DNA of 64,000 nt from Podospora anserina. Lineage: Eukaryota. The notes under the pieces are model-generated. The model was not told where the DNA came from, did no database searches, and was given only the letters and a program-made list of their open reading frames with translations. This document shows, piece by piece, positions 39,082-51,255 of the stretch. The stretch is from positions 124,001 through 188,000 of the forward strand of contig CM030338.1 of NCBI GenBank assembly GCA_017654855.1, given 5' to 3'. Both the position numbers and the translations under genes were made by a program. How positions within the stretch are numbered: position 1 is the stretch's first letter; each line of letters starts with the position of its first letter.

Positions 39082-39878
39082 TTAAACCCTAGCGGTACCA
39101 TGCCTTCCATTGCTATAACCCATATGCGTTTGTTGGTGTCCGTTTGCAACGGTAGGTCCGTGGTGTACACCATCGGAGTGCCTCATCTGCTGGTGGTGGG
39201 TCGCAATGGCATGCCCGTCACTTCCCGCCTTGTGGTGCTTGCTATACATGTCGCGCACTTCATGGAAAGCAGCTGTAATGGCATGAAAAACCCTGGTTTC
39301 TTCCTTGTCAGTGTCGTGTGGACCTCGGGACTTTCTTGTGGAGTAACTCACGTGCTGACGATAGCCAGGATGAACGTTCCCCAAGGTAAGTCACAGCTAT
39401 CATCGCCTGTCGTCGTCTCACCAGTTACGTTTGCCGCGTCTGCCGCATCTCTATCGTCATAGCAGTGCCTTGGTCCAGCCATACCTCCGTTTGGAGATGT
39501 GATAACAGCAACTGCGATGAAAGCGCCAACAAACAAGATATCGAAGAGAACCCAGAGCCAGCGGAGCCACCTGGGACCACCTCCCTTGAGAAGAAATGCC
39601 ATGACAGTCGTGATGAGCGTGTATAGGACGGCGGCGGCAAGGATGCCCTCAACGGCCCCGATGGCACTGTTGACTCCGCGGCGAGTTTTGATCGAGTTGA
39701 CCAGACGGTATACCTTGTACATGCGCTGAGAGAAGATGCCAAGAGAGATGACGGAGGAGAGGAATTGCAGGACGCGCGTGAGGCGGAGGAACCAGCGGTA
39801 AAGACGCGAATGCTTGAGGCGATCAGGAACCCATCGGGTTAACAACCCTGTTTCATTGGATCTGTTCGTGTTTGCCAT
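39082..39878 (-). CDS. MARVEL-like four-TM membrane protein
   Basis: Hydrophobic helices: LRLTRVLQFLSSVISLGIFS, LAAAVLYTL, LFDILFVGAFIAVAVIT, and a Cys pair before FILAIVS. One intron precedes a His/Gly-rich tail. Confidence 0.7.
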
Positions 39879-40325
39879 TTTGCACGTAGTTGGGAGGCTT
39901 GATAAATTGAATTGTATGCGGGAGGCGATGGTCAAGGTCTGAAGACAGGACTTTTCGAGGGACCATCACTTAAGCTACATTGAGCCATATATATATTTGA
40001 GTGATAACTATCCCTCCCAGCTTTCTACGCGCTTGGCGTTCCACTGGCCGTTGCATTATTGACATGTGCAAAACTTGATTTTGTGTGGGTGCTTATCCCC
40101 GTAGCAGTCGATGTTGTCATGACCCGCCATTCAACGTCACGACCTTGTAGTCACCCAACGAATTGTTTTGCAAAGTTGGAATACTGTACGATGTTATTCA
40201 GATACTTGCTCAGAAAAGAAATTTGATGGTTTGCGGAGTATAGTAAGGTAGGTTATCAGAAATGTGATATGATGTCATCCGACATTGCCGTCCTACCCGC
40301 CCCCCTGGACTTTGGAGGCTTCCCT

Positions 40326-41349
40326 CTACACCCACTGTTGGTTCCCATAATGAGAGACAAAAGCACCTCCATCCCCTTTCTCCAAGCTTGACGCCTCAAT
40401 AACATCCCGCATCATTCTCACCGAAACCTCTGGCGCCTTTGGCCTTTCATAACCAGGTGAATACTCCTTGAAGATACTCAGGAGGGGTTCCACGGCAGCT
40501 AGGTCATCCGCTGTAGCCCCGTCATAATGTCCAACTTCCACTGGCCCGGGACAGACAGCCAGAAACAAAACCCCGTCCTTCTTGAACTGCGCGTTGAACT
40601 TGGCAACAACAGTGTTCATGGCGGCCTTACTCGCAGCATACAACGCACCGGGAGTGGCCCCCCATTGATTGGTGAAGGAGTTATCAGCAAGGCCGGATGT
40701 TATGGTGACAATCTTTTTGACGTGACCGGCGAGGATAAGGGGGAGAAAGAGGTTGAAAAGATGGACGTTGCCAATGACATTGATCTCGAAGGCCTCGCGG
40801 AAGGTCTTGGTGAGCTCTCCCGGTTGTTTGCCCCTGTTTTGCAGTGTTAGTAGAAAAGAATTTCCTATAAGTGAAGTCTGAAGAACATACAGTTCGCCAA
40901 TCGGTAGAAACAAGTCGAATTTTGGCACAAGACCCGCGTTGGCAATGATGTAGTCCAGAGACCCGCCCGTGATCTCAGCCGTGTCGGCAGCCGCTTGCTG
41001 ATGTGATTCATTAGCGTCAATCGTCGCAATATAATAATCTGCCGTCTCTCTTCGAATATTGTCAGACTCATTCGTACCTTCAACGCATTGTAATCGGTGA
41101 TATCAGCTTGTAGGATGTAAATGTTCGGTCGCCCTTGTAGGACTGCATCCTCAGACACCTTTTTCTCTGTGGCAGATTTGTTGCGGACAAGTGCAATGAC
41201 AGTATTTTTCGCATCACTTGAGTACTGACGAAGAAATTCGTACTGTGTGAGGTATGGCGGGTTAGTCCTTTGACCAAAATCAGCAAGATGGCTTTGACAT
41301 TGCTCACCCCAATGCCCCTAGAGGCTCCAGTGATCAGAACGAAAGGCAT
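40326..41349 (-). CDS. Short-chain dehydrogenase/reductase
   Basis: Motifs ITGASRGIG (TGxxxGIG), LDYIIANAG, INVIG and the catalytic YAASK. Several introns. Confidence 0.92.
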
Positions 41350-42021
41350 TTTTACCCTGAAACAATGAACCGAATAGATGTGGGCGTAAGATGAGGTTGA
41401 TGTAAAGAGACGGGCCGCAGAACATTGGGAAGGGATCACTGACTATTTGTACAAGTTGCAGGGCTCCAGTATTTACTGGATCCCCACTGGGAAGAGTAGA
41501 AAACCTCATTGTTAACACTAGTTGCTCGTTTCATCCTGGTTTGTAAGTCACTCTAAGGTGTGCTTACCTGACAGTTGCCAAAGTTTCGTGCTTTGATCGG
41601 CATTGCATGGCAACCGCGCTTGGTTGCTGAATTCGGAAGTTGGTGTAACCTCAACAACCAACATGACCCAAGAAAGGTATCCGGAGAGACGAAATGCGTC
41701 AGTAGTGTGCCATTGAGAGCAGAAGCTGCATGGAATTTGTGCATGGCGCCCAACAGATGGTAAAACTAGGCCAGATAAGAGCCTCTTCCCGTCTTCTACA
41801 ACACCTTGATTGCCTTGGCCACATTGAATATTGAATCTTGATATGAAGACATGATGTTCCACGAGCACATACATACATACCCGGCACAACCTGGAAGCAC
41901 ATCATTACGCCAATCCTGTTGAGACCCTGAAACTCCTTTCTTAGCATCGTGAAAGCCAATCAGACCATTCTTGGCCACTTGGCCAGGCATTTCCCCACCA
42001 AGATGTTGACTCCATTTTGCC

Positions 42022-44416
42022 TTAACTCTGATACTCCACCTTCACATCGTGTTCCGCCTGCTTGGAACCCACCTGGATCGTCCACTTAGGCTGTCCCCCG
42101 AATCTCATAGCCAGTGACATCTCGTCAAACTTCCGCCACCCATCTGCCAGGTTGCCCACCGGTTTCCACTGTTCAAAAGGCTTATCCCACTCACACTCAA
42201 TCCGACACAACTCCGTCACGGTCTCATCCTTTCTTTTGGGAGGTATGTCTGACTGGCTGTACTCGATGACAAATACACATTTCGATTGGGCCGTCTGCTT
42301 GGTGGCGTATTGGTGATATCCAAACAGGACGGGCTCTTTCTTGCTCACTTCGTCGCCTTTCTTCAGGTACCAGTCCATGCGTCGTGTGACCTCTGTCTTC
42401 TCAGGGTTCCGCTTCACTCGGTCGTGAGCTGGATCGAAGTCGCGCAGGGCTGCCACGGCCACCTCGCTCTGAATGCCGTAGCTGTATCTTGCCTTTCGAG
42501 TGACGACCTCGGGAATTCGGGAAATGACACGATGCTGACTGGGGGTGAGGCTTGACAGCATTGACATTTTGTCTTGAAGAAGTCGAATTACCGCCCCGCG
42601 GGCGACAGCAGACCAGCTAAAGAACCCATCCTGTTAGCCGCATCTAGCATTTCCGAGTCAAGGTTATGGTGTATGACACTTACGCTTTATCGAATGGTCT
42701 CAGAATGATCTTCTCCTTCGTCATTCCTGGTTCAGTTAGGCTGTTGTCGTATTCTTTGTCAAGCTGATTGTAGATGTACTGCGAGCCACCAAGACCGCCC
42801 ACAAGGAGGATTTTCTAGTCAACACATGTTAGATTGGCAAAGCTCCGCAAACACCTCACCTTGATGGCAATGCAGGGCCACGTTCATACCCTTGGTTTTC
42901 TCCCCGTTTGGACCTCAACACCTTTGATTTGCTCCGTGAGCAGGGAGCGGATCCCAACCAGAGACTGGTCGAAGAACCCGGCCATTGCTTCTCTGCCATA
43001 TACCAAGAATGATTTGGTTAGCCACTGTCTTGGAAATTGTGCTATGGTTGATGGAAGGCTAGGATGGAAACATCATCACTCACCGACTGATAGAGAAGGA
43101 CCCTTTGCCTCTGAGTCTGTCTATCTTGCCAAAAGCCTTTGTAGGGGGGGTCAGAAAGAACCTCGGCGGCTGAGGGTTCCCCGTGAAACTGCGCTTTGCA
43201 CCCATCTCCCAGTCCTTGGTGACAAACAGATTGTGCTCAGCAGTATCGAGCGAATCCAGCTTTAGTTTTATCTCCCATTTCAGGTAGGCTGCAAATGCTT
43301 CATCCACCTTGAAAGCCCCGGAAAGCTTCCCTAGATCTAAGCATCAGTATTGATCATGATTGTTTGGCTAAACAGGGCACTCACCGTCGCCATTGACGCA
43401 CTCTCCGATGCGAAACGGGCTGAGGGATTTGACGGTGTAACTAATGACATCCTGGAATACCTTTTATTAGCCAGGAGCCACGTTGGCGAAAGCCAAGTTA
43501 AAGAACAAACTTACAACCGTTCCTCCGCCGGCATCGCAAACAACAAATGACTCTCCGGGCTTGAAAGGCACAATCAGCTCACCAAACCATTGAAACCTTC
43601 GAGATATATCATACCTGAATTTCAGGAAAGTCTCGGCGGTCGAGAAATATGGACAGGCCAGCAGCCTCTGGCTCTTGAATCAAATCGAGCGTTGTGGGGC
43701 CAATGTCCCTGTCGATGGTGATGCCAGCAATCTTGGCAGCCTCTCTCATAGCCTGCTCTGCATACTACGTTGTTTGGCTTCTGTTAGCACCAGTAAACCC
43801 AAGCTCGTCCTGGGTGATGTTAAACAACTTACGGGAGGCCAGATGGCGGGGACAGTGATGGCTACCCGAAGTGGCAGGTTGTCAATCACTAACATCTCGC
43901 CCAGCTTCTTATATGTATGTGCCCATAACTTCTTGAGATATAAGCCCACAACCTCGGTAGGAGTCATCCCACGTGCTCTTATCTGTTGCTGGGCGTCTTT
44001 TAGAGGACGCGAATTTCGGATCTCGTCTCGGATGATATCCTGGTCCTTGAGCAGAAGGAGTTTAAACCACTTTATGGGCTTCATCTGCGGTGTGACCTCA
44101 TACCCCCATTTCCCTGATGCGAGATCAAATTGAGTAGGCACTTGGTCCTCGCCAGCATTCAAGTGAAACTCGGAAGGCCATTCTGTGATTTCATGAATAT
44201 CACCCGGACTTTCCGAGAAGGCCCAAGACACACCGCAGTATCTGACATGAACCCAAAGTTAGTACACACAAAGGTATTGTCTTCACCTATTGCAAAAACC
44301 CACGTGGTCCCGAAGTCGATACCTACGGCTACAAACTTGCCGCCAGCAACGGCTCCACTGATAGATGGGCTAGGACTCGCAAGAGAAGACCGAAGCCGGT
44401 AGGGTAGTGACGACAT
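42022..44416 (-). CDS. Atypical Hsp70 (HSPA12-like actin-fold ATPase), intron-rich
   Basis: Motifs VAVGIDFGTT-Y-GVSW, QVPT, WFKLLL, ITVPAIW, IQEPEAA, VVCDAGGGTV-D, LLVGGLGGSQY, WSAVARGA and RKARYSYG. No EEVD or HDEL tail. Confidence 0.92.
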
Positions 44417-44810
44417 GATGTGGTTGGATAGCTATCAGAGAGATTGACTGGAGGTGTATCGTTTTTTCCTTTGTGAAAGATAGACAGAAAAATGGTGTAA
44501 AGGGGTATCGATGAGATGGATGACCTGATCAACAACAGGGCCGCAGCCAAAGTACCAAACATCCCGTCAACACCCCCCCGCGTCTCAGCTCGAAACCGGG
44601 GTACAGCGCTTGCAGGTCTTCGGAGGACATGCTTGGCGCAGTACCCGATGAAGGCAAGGCTGGGATACAACCACCCCTCCCCCATCCACGTCAAAAATCC
44701 CATCGGTCTTTGAGGAGGAGGTTTATTTCATAAAACTCGCCCCAAAATAGCGATTCTTCTTCCGACATACCTTGGCCAGCAGAACGCCAGAGAGTGCAGA
44801 AAAGTTCATC

Positions 44811-45882
44811 ATGGACAGCGAGAGGGAGGGCATCATTCTCCTCTTGGGGGTGACGGGGGCTGGAAAGAGTTATTTCATCAATCAACTGAAGAAGAAGGGT
44901 CCTGTAACCGAACGACCTGTGAGAGAGGGACACACTCTTTGTTCTCGTGAGTACCTTATCCACTGGAAACACAGACAGGAGCGCCAGCATAGTTACCAGG
45001 TTCATGGTTGCTAACGTTGATCCAGAGACTTCACGCTGTCAACTGGTTCAAATGGTTCTCGAAGACGATGACGGAGACGAGAGGAGCATCTCGGTTGTTG
45101 ATACGCCTGGATTTGATGACACTGAACGACCGGATGGCGAAGTGTTGGCTGAGATTACCGAGTTTCTGGCAACCCAGCACGCACTTGGCATACCACTCAA
45201 AGGTGTGTTGTACCTTCACAAGATCACCGACAACCGGATGACCGGGTCCTCGGGGACCTATCTGCGGCTCCTTCAATCCTTGATTGGAGATTCTGCCATG
45301 GCCAACGTCGTCTTGGTCACCACAATGTGGTATATGTTGCGTGACGAGTACGAAGGGGAGGGTCTTCGACGCCAGACGCAACTCAGTGAAAAATACTGGA
45401 AATCCCTGACAGAAAAAGGGGCGGGGGTAACGAAGTTTGAGGGGACTCCCGAAAGCGCATGGTCCATTGTCCGTAAGCTGGCGCCAAAGGAACCTGTGGT
45501 TCTTGACTACCAACGGCAAGTTATCGAAGAGGGCCGCGATCTCATTCGCACCAATGCTGGGAACAGTCTACTTCAGAAGCTGGAGTCGACCAAGGTGGAA
45601 TACAGCATCAGGCTCAAGGACCTCGAAGATCAACACGATGAAGCCATCGCCATCGGAGACAAGGCAGTGGCTCGGGACAAGGAAAGAGAGATAAGCGAGG
45701 CCCAGGATGTGTTGAGGCGAATCGACAAGTCGGTGGCCAAGCTGGGGGCACAGCCAGGTCCGCGGATCAAGGAAGGGGTTGCCAGGGCCATGAAAGGCCA
45801 GGCGGCAGGGCGGGCGGTGACGGTGCTGGCAGCCATTCTAAACATCACCTTGTTTGTCGTGCAGCTGGTGGTGGGTGTGTGA
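44811..45882 (+). CDS. P-loop GTPase (AIG1/Toc34/septin-like G domain) with coiled coil and C-terminal TM anchor
   Basis: G1 GVTGAGKS, G3 DTPGFDD, YLHKITDNRM and G4-like VTTMW. Intron 44947-45025 (GTGAGT..GCTAAC..CAG). The C-terminus is AVTVLAAILNITLFVVQLVVGV*. Confidence 0.9.
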
Positions 45883-46424
45883 GATAATAGCTCCTCGGCT
45901 AGCTTAAAAGTGCCCCGCCCTCACTCCAAAGTTCAAACCTCAGCTGCCTGCGGCCCCCCATTGAGTGTTCCGCCGACCTACTATTCGACAATTTCAAGAT
46001 AAGCGCCTAGATTTACTCACCTACCTTACCTACTCATACCATTTCGTTACCCGCAATGTGTTCTGATTGCCTTCATTTTTGGCCCCGTTGTGTCATGGGG
46101 GACCCGAATGGATCCCAACAGGCAGGCTGCGAGTCCTTGTGCGGCCCCTGTTTTCTTAGCGAGTGCGGCCAGGTAGTACCTATCCTTCTGGCTAGCCTGA
46201 GGCGTTCATGGCGTCGTTGTGGCTGCCTCCATGTCAATAGCGTGATGCATGTTGCTTCCACACCCCGGTGTACAAACCACCATTCAGGTAGCACAAGTCT
46301 CTTGAGGCTGAGGGCGCCAAAATTCTCGAAGGCACAGGGCTAAGAACATGCATTTCAACCATGTTGCCAGGATGGGGGATGTGGTGGGCTCAGGAGATTT
46401 CCTTTTCTTCACTTCGTCAGTCAT

Positions 46425-48263
46425 ATGGACTATTCACTTCGAGAACGAAGCTTGACCGGACAGAATTATCCACCTCTAACAACTCATCACAGATCCCGAC
46501 CACTGGATCCAAGGCCACGCACAGCAGACGAAAGTAGCATGAGCGCGACTTCGTGGTTTCAGAAGGCGAGGATACTTCCCATACCAACAGTCCTGCCTGA
46601 CGATGACCGTCTCAACGGGTCGCCCAGGCCATCTGGTGGCAATTCCTCTCAACACTCTCGTTCAAGGGACTCGGCTTCGTATCACGACATTTCAGCAGGC
46701 CCAACAACCCATCGGTCCGCATGGTATCGATTAAAGAAGAAGCCGAAGCTTGGGTCACCAAGAGTGTCAAACAAAAGTTTTGACGGTGGTATCGTGAGCG
46801 TCGCTGGTTCACGAAGCAGCTTCTCAGCGGCGGACCAGCCCTCTAAGTTGGGCAAAAGGAACCCAAATGGACTTGTCTCTCTCGACAGCCCTCCAGCTGT
46901 TCCACCGAAGCTTCATGTCGAAACCGTGTCAACTCTCGAAGTCGTGGCATCTCGTTTGAGCATGAGCGCCAACCCAGTTATTGAGCAGCACAATCGAAAA
47001 GGGAGTGTGCCCAAATGCGGTACTGTGGCTATCACAACCACTTTGCTCCAGCAAGTTGACAGCGCCATTGACACCAGTACCATCCCGAGCCCACAGCCAG
47101 TGCCCAGCACCAGCATCGCATCCGATTTTTCCTGGCAGCAAGCAAAAGATCGGATGAACTACCTTGAACAGGAGCTCCGCCAGGCCCAGCACGAGATCGA
47201 GCATGCCCATAATGAGATCACGCAGCGAGACCAGGAGATCGTCAGGCTGGGGGTAGAGCTCAATGCGGCCAGACAGGTTCTCCCGCCAGAAATAGCCGCT
47301 TACGAGGAGCAGCTCGCTGCCCAAAACGCTCTCATCGAGCGCCTCCGCACCAAGGCAGCCGATTCTGCCGGCATGGCAGCTGAGACACCGCTCGGGCAGT
47401 CCCGACTGCAGATGACGGAGAGCAGAATTCTCGAGGCATGGCGAGAGCTGACCTTTGAGGTACACAATTTTGTTCGCTGCTATCTGAGCATCGGAGACTT
47501 GGGTGCGCGCAAGATGGAACAGTGGGCCAAGGCCCGCGGGGACAAGCTGAAAGAAATATGTCCCGGCTATGATCGAATGGTGCTCGACAAGGCGGCATCA
47601 GATTGGTTTGTCGAGGCGGCCATCTGGAAAGTCCTACATGGTGCTGTCTTTGTTAGCTCGACGACCCATGGGAATGCCTGCTGGGCGGGGAGATACCAGA
47701 GCAGACTCGAAAAGCTGAGTGTGTTGTTCCTCGTTCGTTTCTTCTGCAAGAAGATGTGGTGTTTGTGTGCTAACCGCGAACGGGACGATGAAGGCGTGGC
47801 GCTTGCATCATCCATCAAACCCTCTGAACCAGACAAAACGCGCCACTTCCACCAGTGGAAAGCAGCTACCACTTCTCTGATCTATACCCTGGGCCCCAAA
47901 GCCACCGATGTCCAGGAGACCATCCTAGATGTATCTGACAAGCTCGAGGAGCTCATCGATCCGTTCAGATCCCGCCTGCCCATGGTTGCTGTGCGGGATA
48001 TGCTTCGCAAGATTGTCACAAAAGCCATCGCCTTTGACGAAACATTGTGTGGTCAGCAGAGCTGGTATTATCTCTGCTACCCGGACCTCCGCGACAACTT
48101 TGAACTAGACAGCAAGTTGGCCAATGTGGCCGAAAAAGAGTGCGTCACAGGCCAAAAGGCCAAGTTCGTGATTCGGCCAGGCCTCAGTCGGACAGGAGGG
48201 AGAAGGGGAGAAGGCAACTATGCCGAAGGGCAGGTGCTGGACAAGTGGCTGGCGTACGTTTAG
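46425..48263 (+). CDS. Coiled-coil protein with conserved fungal C-terminal domain ending in a GrpE/MIEAP-like beta tail
   Basis: A disordered S/P-rich N-terminus is followed by a heptad region (MNYLEQELRQAQHEIEHAHNEI). Then W..L...V.NF, EAAIW..L...VF, FHQWKAAT, L..IV..AI..D and FVIRPGLSRTGGRRGEGNY...VLDK...V*. A probable in-frame intron spans 47719-47793. The start could be 46540. Confidence 0.75.
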   Translation: MDYSLRERSLTGQNYPPLTTHHRSRPLDPRPRTADESSMSATSWFQKARILPIPTVLPDDDRLNGSPRPSGGNSSQHSRSRDSASYHDISAGPTTHRSAWYRLKKKPKLGSPRVSNKSFDGGIVSVAGSRSSFSAADQPSKLGKRNPNGLVSLDSPPAVPPKLHVETVSTLEVVASRLSMSANPVIEQHNRKGSVPKCGTVAITTTLLQQVDSAIDTSTIPSPQPVPSTSIASDFSWQQAKDRMNYLEQELRQAQHEIEHAHNEITQRDQEIVRLGVELNAARQVLPPEIAAYEEQLAAQNALIERLRTKAADSAGMAAETPLGQSRLQMTESRILEAWRELTFEVHNFVRCYLSIGDLGARKMEQWAKARGDKLKEICPGYDRMVLDKAASDWFVEAAIWKVLHGAVFVSSTTHGNACWAGRYQSRLEKLSVLFLVRFFCKKMWCLCANRERDDEGVALASSIKPSEPDKTRHFHQWKAATTSLIYTLGPKATDVQETILDVSDKLEELIDPFRSRLPMVAVRDMLRKIVTKAIAFDETLCGQQSWYYLCYPDLRDNFELDSKLANVAEKECVTGQKAKFVIRPGLSRTGGRRGEGNYAEGQVLDKWLAYV

Positions 48264-48710
48264 TTATGCCCCTGGGTTCAACATTATCATTGACAACAGA
48301 ACATGATGGGTTTGATCCACAGACTCCAGTGGTCTATTTTATCTACCGTTAATTACCGAAGCTGTGACATGTCAATACATTCATCGAAACGCAAAACCGT
48401 CAGGGCTCTCTTTGATCATCAAAGCCAACTCTGCAGCAAGGCAGAGTGGTTCAGATCTGCTCTCAGATGTCTGATCAAGAGGTTGAACTGGTTGAGGAGG
48501 TCCCTCCAGAAGAACTCATCCTTTCAGTACATCCGGGCAGTAAGTGTTTGCTCATCATCCGGTTCGCAAGATGTTGCTATCAGTGTTTTATACATGAAGC
48601 GTAAATGGAGAGAGACTGTGCCAGCTTTCACAAGGTGAGTAAAATTGCATAACTCCTGGATGAACCAACAGGCTTGCTTTTCTGCCCCAACGGAGAAAAT
48701 AAAAGACAGA

Positions 48711-50408
48711 CTACTTCCTCTTCTTAGTGGTGGTAGCAATGATCCTCTTCTTCTTCGCCTTGGGTATCTTCTCGGCCCTCTTGGCTCTCTTCTCCTCCTT
48801 GACCGTTTGCTTGTGCTGCCTCTTCTCGTCTTTGTCCTCATGCTTTTTTCCTCTTGGCGGGCCCTTGTCAAATATGCTTTGGTCGATCTCGCTGCTCTCT
48901 GACCTGTCATCACCGTCCGCCGTAGTGCCATCTTCTGAGTCCTCTTCCGAGCCCTCTTCTGCGGCCTCCGGTTTCACGGAAACTGTATTGGCAAGCATGC
49001 TGTTGTAGACTAGCTGCTCAACGGGCATTTTGGCATCCCGTTCCATATCGTAGACCTCGTCCAGGGTTCGGGGGATGAACTGGTTGCGGAAGACTTCGAC
49101 ATCAACTTCCTCGGTCGCGGCATCCTGGATGGAAGGGCGGGTCTCGTAGAGTCGCTCGATGGCCTCGAAAAGCTCTGGCTCCTCGACAGGACCATCGATC
49201 GCCGTGATGAAGTCAAATATGGCGCGGTCCTGGAGGGTGTCGACACCTTTGCGGCGGAAAAAATCACCCACATTCTTAATGTCCATGCGCAAGAACTCGA
49301 GGGCACGCGGGTGCTCGTGCTCGACTGACTGCGAGACGTCGATAATGTACAGCTTGTTCTTGTCATAGAGGATGTTGTACTCGCTCAGATCGGCATGTAC
49401 CAGGTTGCAGACCCTGAAAAGACGGCGCATGATGCCCAAGAGCTGGATGTACACAGGCCTCCACGGGTTTTCGGTGCCCTCATCCGAAAGAGTGGCATCC
49501 CGCAGTCTTGGGTAGGCATAACCCCGTTTATTTCCCAGGAACTCCATCACCAAGACGTGAGACTTGAGCTCCAGAGGTTCTGGGCATGGAATGCCGGCAG
49601 CATGCAGACGCTTCAAGTTGCGGAACTCCTTCTCGGCCCATTGCTTGACCATCTCCCGGTTGTTCTTCTTATTCGCACCTCTCTTGAACCTATGCTCGCC
49701 TGTAATGTACCTTTCTCTGTCCTTGAAGACGAGAATGGCCGTCTTGTAAATCTTGATGGCGCGGTGCAAGGGGCGGGTTCCATCCAGGGGATCCAACACG
49801 GCACCGTAAACGTTGGCCTCCTTGCCTGTGCTGATGGCACCGTGCACCTCGCTGACAATACCGCGGCTGATCATCTTGAGCAGAATCATGCGTGTGCGCT
49901 GGTCCATCACCAACTCGTTGGTGGCGCGGTCGGCCTTGTCCTTGTCCTTGTCCTTGACCTCGCCCGTGCGGTCATCTCCGTTCCAGAAGTCGTCGTCATC
50001 GATTATAAGATCGGTCTTGAGCTTCCTTGCGTGCTTTGCCAGTTCGGAATCGAGGTCGTCAAGGTGGTTCGAGTTGTTGGCCTTTGGCTTCTGGGCGTTG
50101 GAGCGGGGGAGAGCTGTGGGTGCTCCATTGTTGGCGCCTTGAAGCTGACGCTGGCGGTTGACCTGTTTGGTGATGTCGCCCGAGTTACCTTCGCCACCCT
50201 CCAGGTAATCATCGTCGAGTTCGTCGCTGTAGGCCACATCATCATCGCTGTCTTCCCACAGGTACTCGTCGATACCACGCGGGGCAGCATTGGCGAGCTC
50301 AGTGGGGATGGGCTCAGTCGTTGCATAGCCTTGGTTTGGCTGGTAGGTATAGGGCGGCTGGTGCGGCGCCGCACTTCCGGGTGCTACTGGCTCCGAGGAA
50401 GACATCAT
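48711..50408 (-). CDS. RIO1: RIO1 atypical Ser/Thr kinase (40S ribosome biogenesis)
   Basis: Motifs ISTGKEANVY, AIKIYKTAILVFKDRERYITGEHRF, WAEKEFRNL, LVHADLSEYN and IIDVSQSVEHEHP, plus a K-rich C-tail. The start is placed at MMSSSEP. Confidence 0.97.
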   Translation of the reverse strand: MMSSSEPVAPGSAAPHQPPYTYQPNQGYATTEPIPTELANAAPRGIDEYLWEDSDDDVAYSDELDDDYLEGGEGNSGDITKQVNRQRQLQGANNGAPTALPRSNAQKPKANNSNHLDDLDSELAKHARKLKTDLIIDDDDFWNGDDRTGEVKDKDKDKADRATNELVMDQRTRMILLKMISRGIVSEVHGAISTGKEANVYGAVLDPLDGTRPLHRAIKIYKTAILVFKDRERYITGEHRFKRGANKKNNREMVKQWAEKEFRNLKRLHAAGIPCPEPLELKSHVLVMEFLGNKRGYAYPRLRDATLSDEGTENPWRPVYIQLLGIMRRLFRVCNLVHADLSEYNILYDKNKLYIIDVSQSVEHEHPRALEFLRMDIKNVGDFFRRKGVDTLQDRAIFDFITAIDGPVEEPELFEAIERLYETRPSIQDAATEEVDVEVFRNQFIPRTLDEVYDMERDAKMPVEQLVYNSMLANTVSVKPEAAEEGSEEDSEDGTTADGDDRSESSEIDQSIFDKGPPRGKKHEDKDEKRQHKQTVKEEKRAKRAEKIPKAKKKRIIATTTKKRK

Positions 50409-51255
50409 GGACGGCAGGACTTTGAGATATACGAACTGTCGCAGAGGCAGGGTAGTCGGGGAGCACGGCGATGAAATACTGGATTGGTGGCGGTTGGAAG
50501 TTTTTGGTGGGGCGGACGCTCTTATCTTATCGGCGGACCGCGGGGGTGGTTGCCTGTCAGGTCCGGGTGCTGCGATGCAGCAAGGACGATGGTCAAGTGA
50601 GAACACGCTCGTTTATAAGAACTGCAGCAGGATGAATCAAGGTCAAACCTGGCCACACTTCAAAAGTGACATAAAGTCAAAATATCCGAAGCCAAATTTT
50701 AAGAGAATCAGCCAGCGTTCAGTCGCCAGAGATGATCCCATCATTTCTGGCGTCCATCATCATGAACCTTCGATGACCCCTGGCAAAACATTAGCATTCA
50801 CCACCAGACCTTCATCATCTCACCTAGGACGACAGGAACCTGTCCCTCAAGGGACAGTAACACGTCTATCTCGGGCTACTGTCGAAGGTAGCGCAATTGC
50901 CGGTAGGTACAGTACATAGAGATGCAGCACGCGTAAGTGGAATCCGACACAGATGGACGGTGTAGGTGGCAGACATACTTGGCTCGTGCGTCCCCTGCTA
51001 TCGCTGGCGATAAGCTATTGACAACACCCACGGACGGCTGCAACACCGACAAGGCTCCAGAGTCAAAGCTCCAGACATTCAGCTGTTCATCAACAAGACA
51101 GGGCAGAAGTCTCGTGGGAAGTCCCCTTCTTTCTCCACCATCATCAACAAAGATGCCGAGACCCGCGGGCCGCATCTGCTCTCCTGTTTCCGTCACCACA
51201 ACACCCTTCCCAGCCTAGCACTTGACGCATCCGACTTCCAGGTTGCCCCAATCCA

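Noticed and set aside
49395-50474. 359-aa plus-strand ORF, and similar long antisense ORFs over the NLR, CSC1 and CBM21 genes
   Set aside because: These are antisense shadows of codon-biased real genes and have no family motifs.
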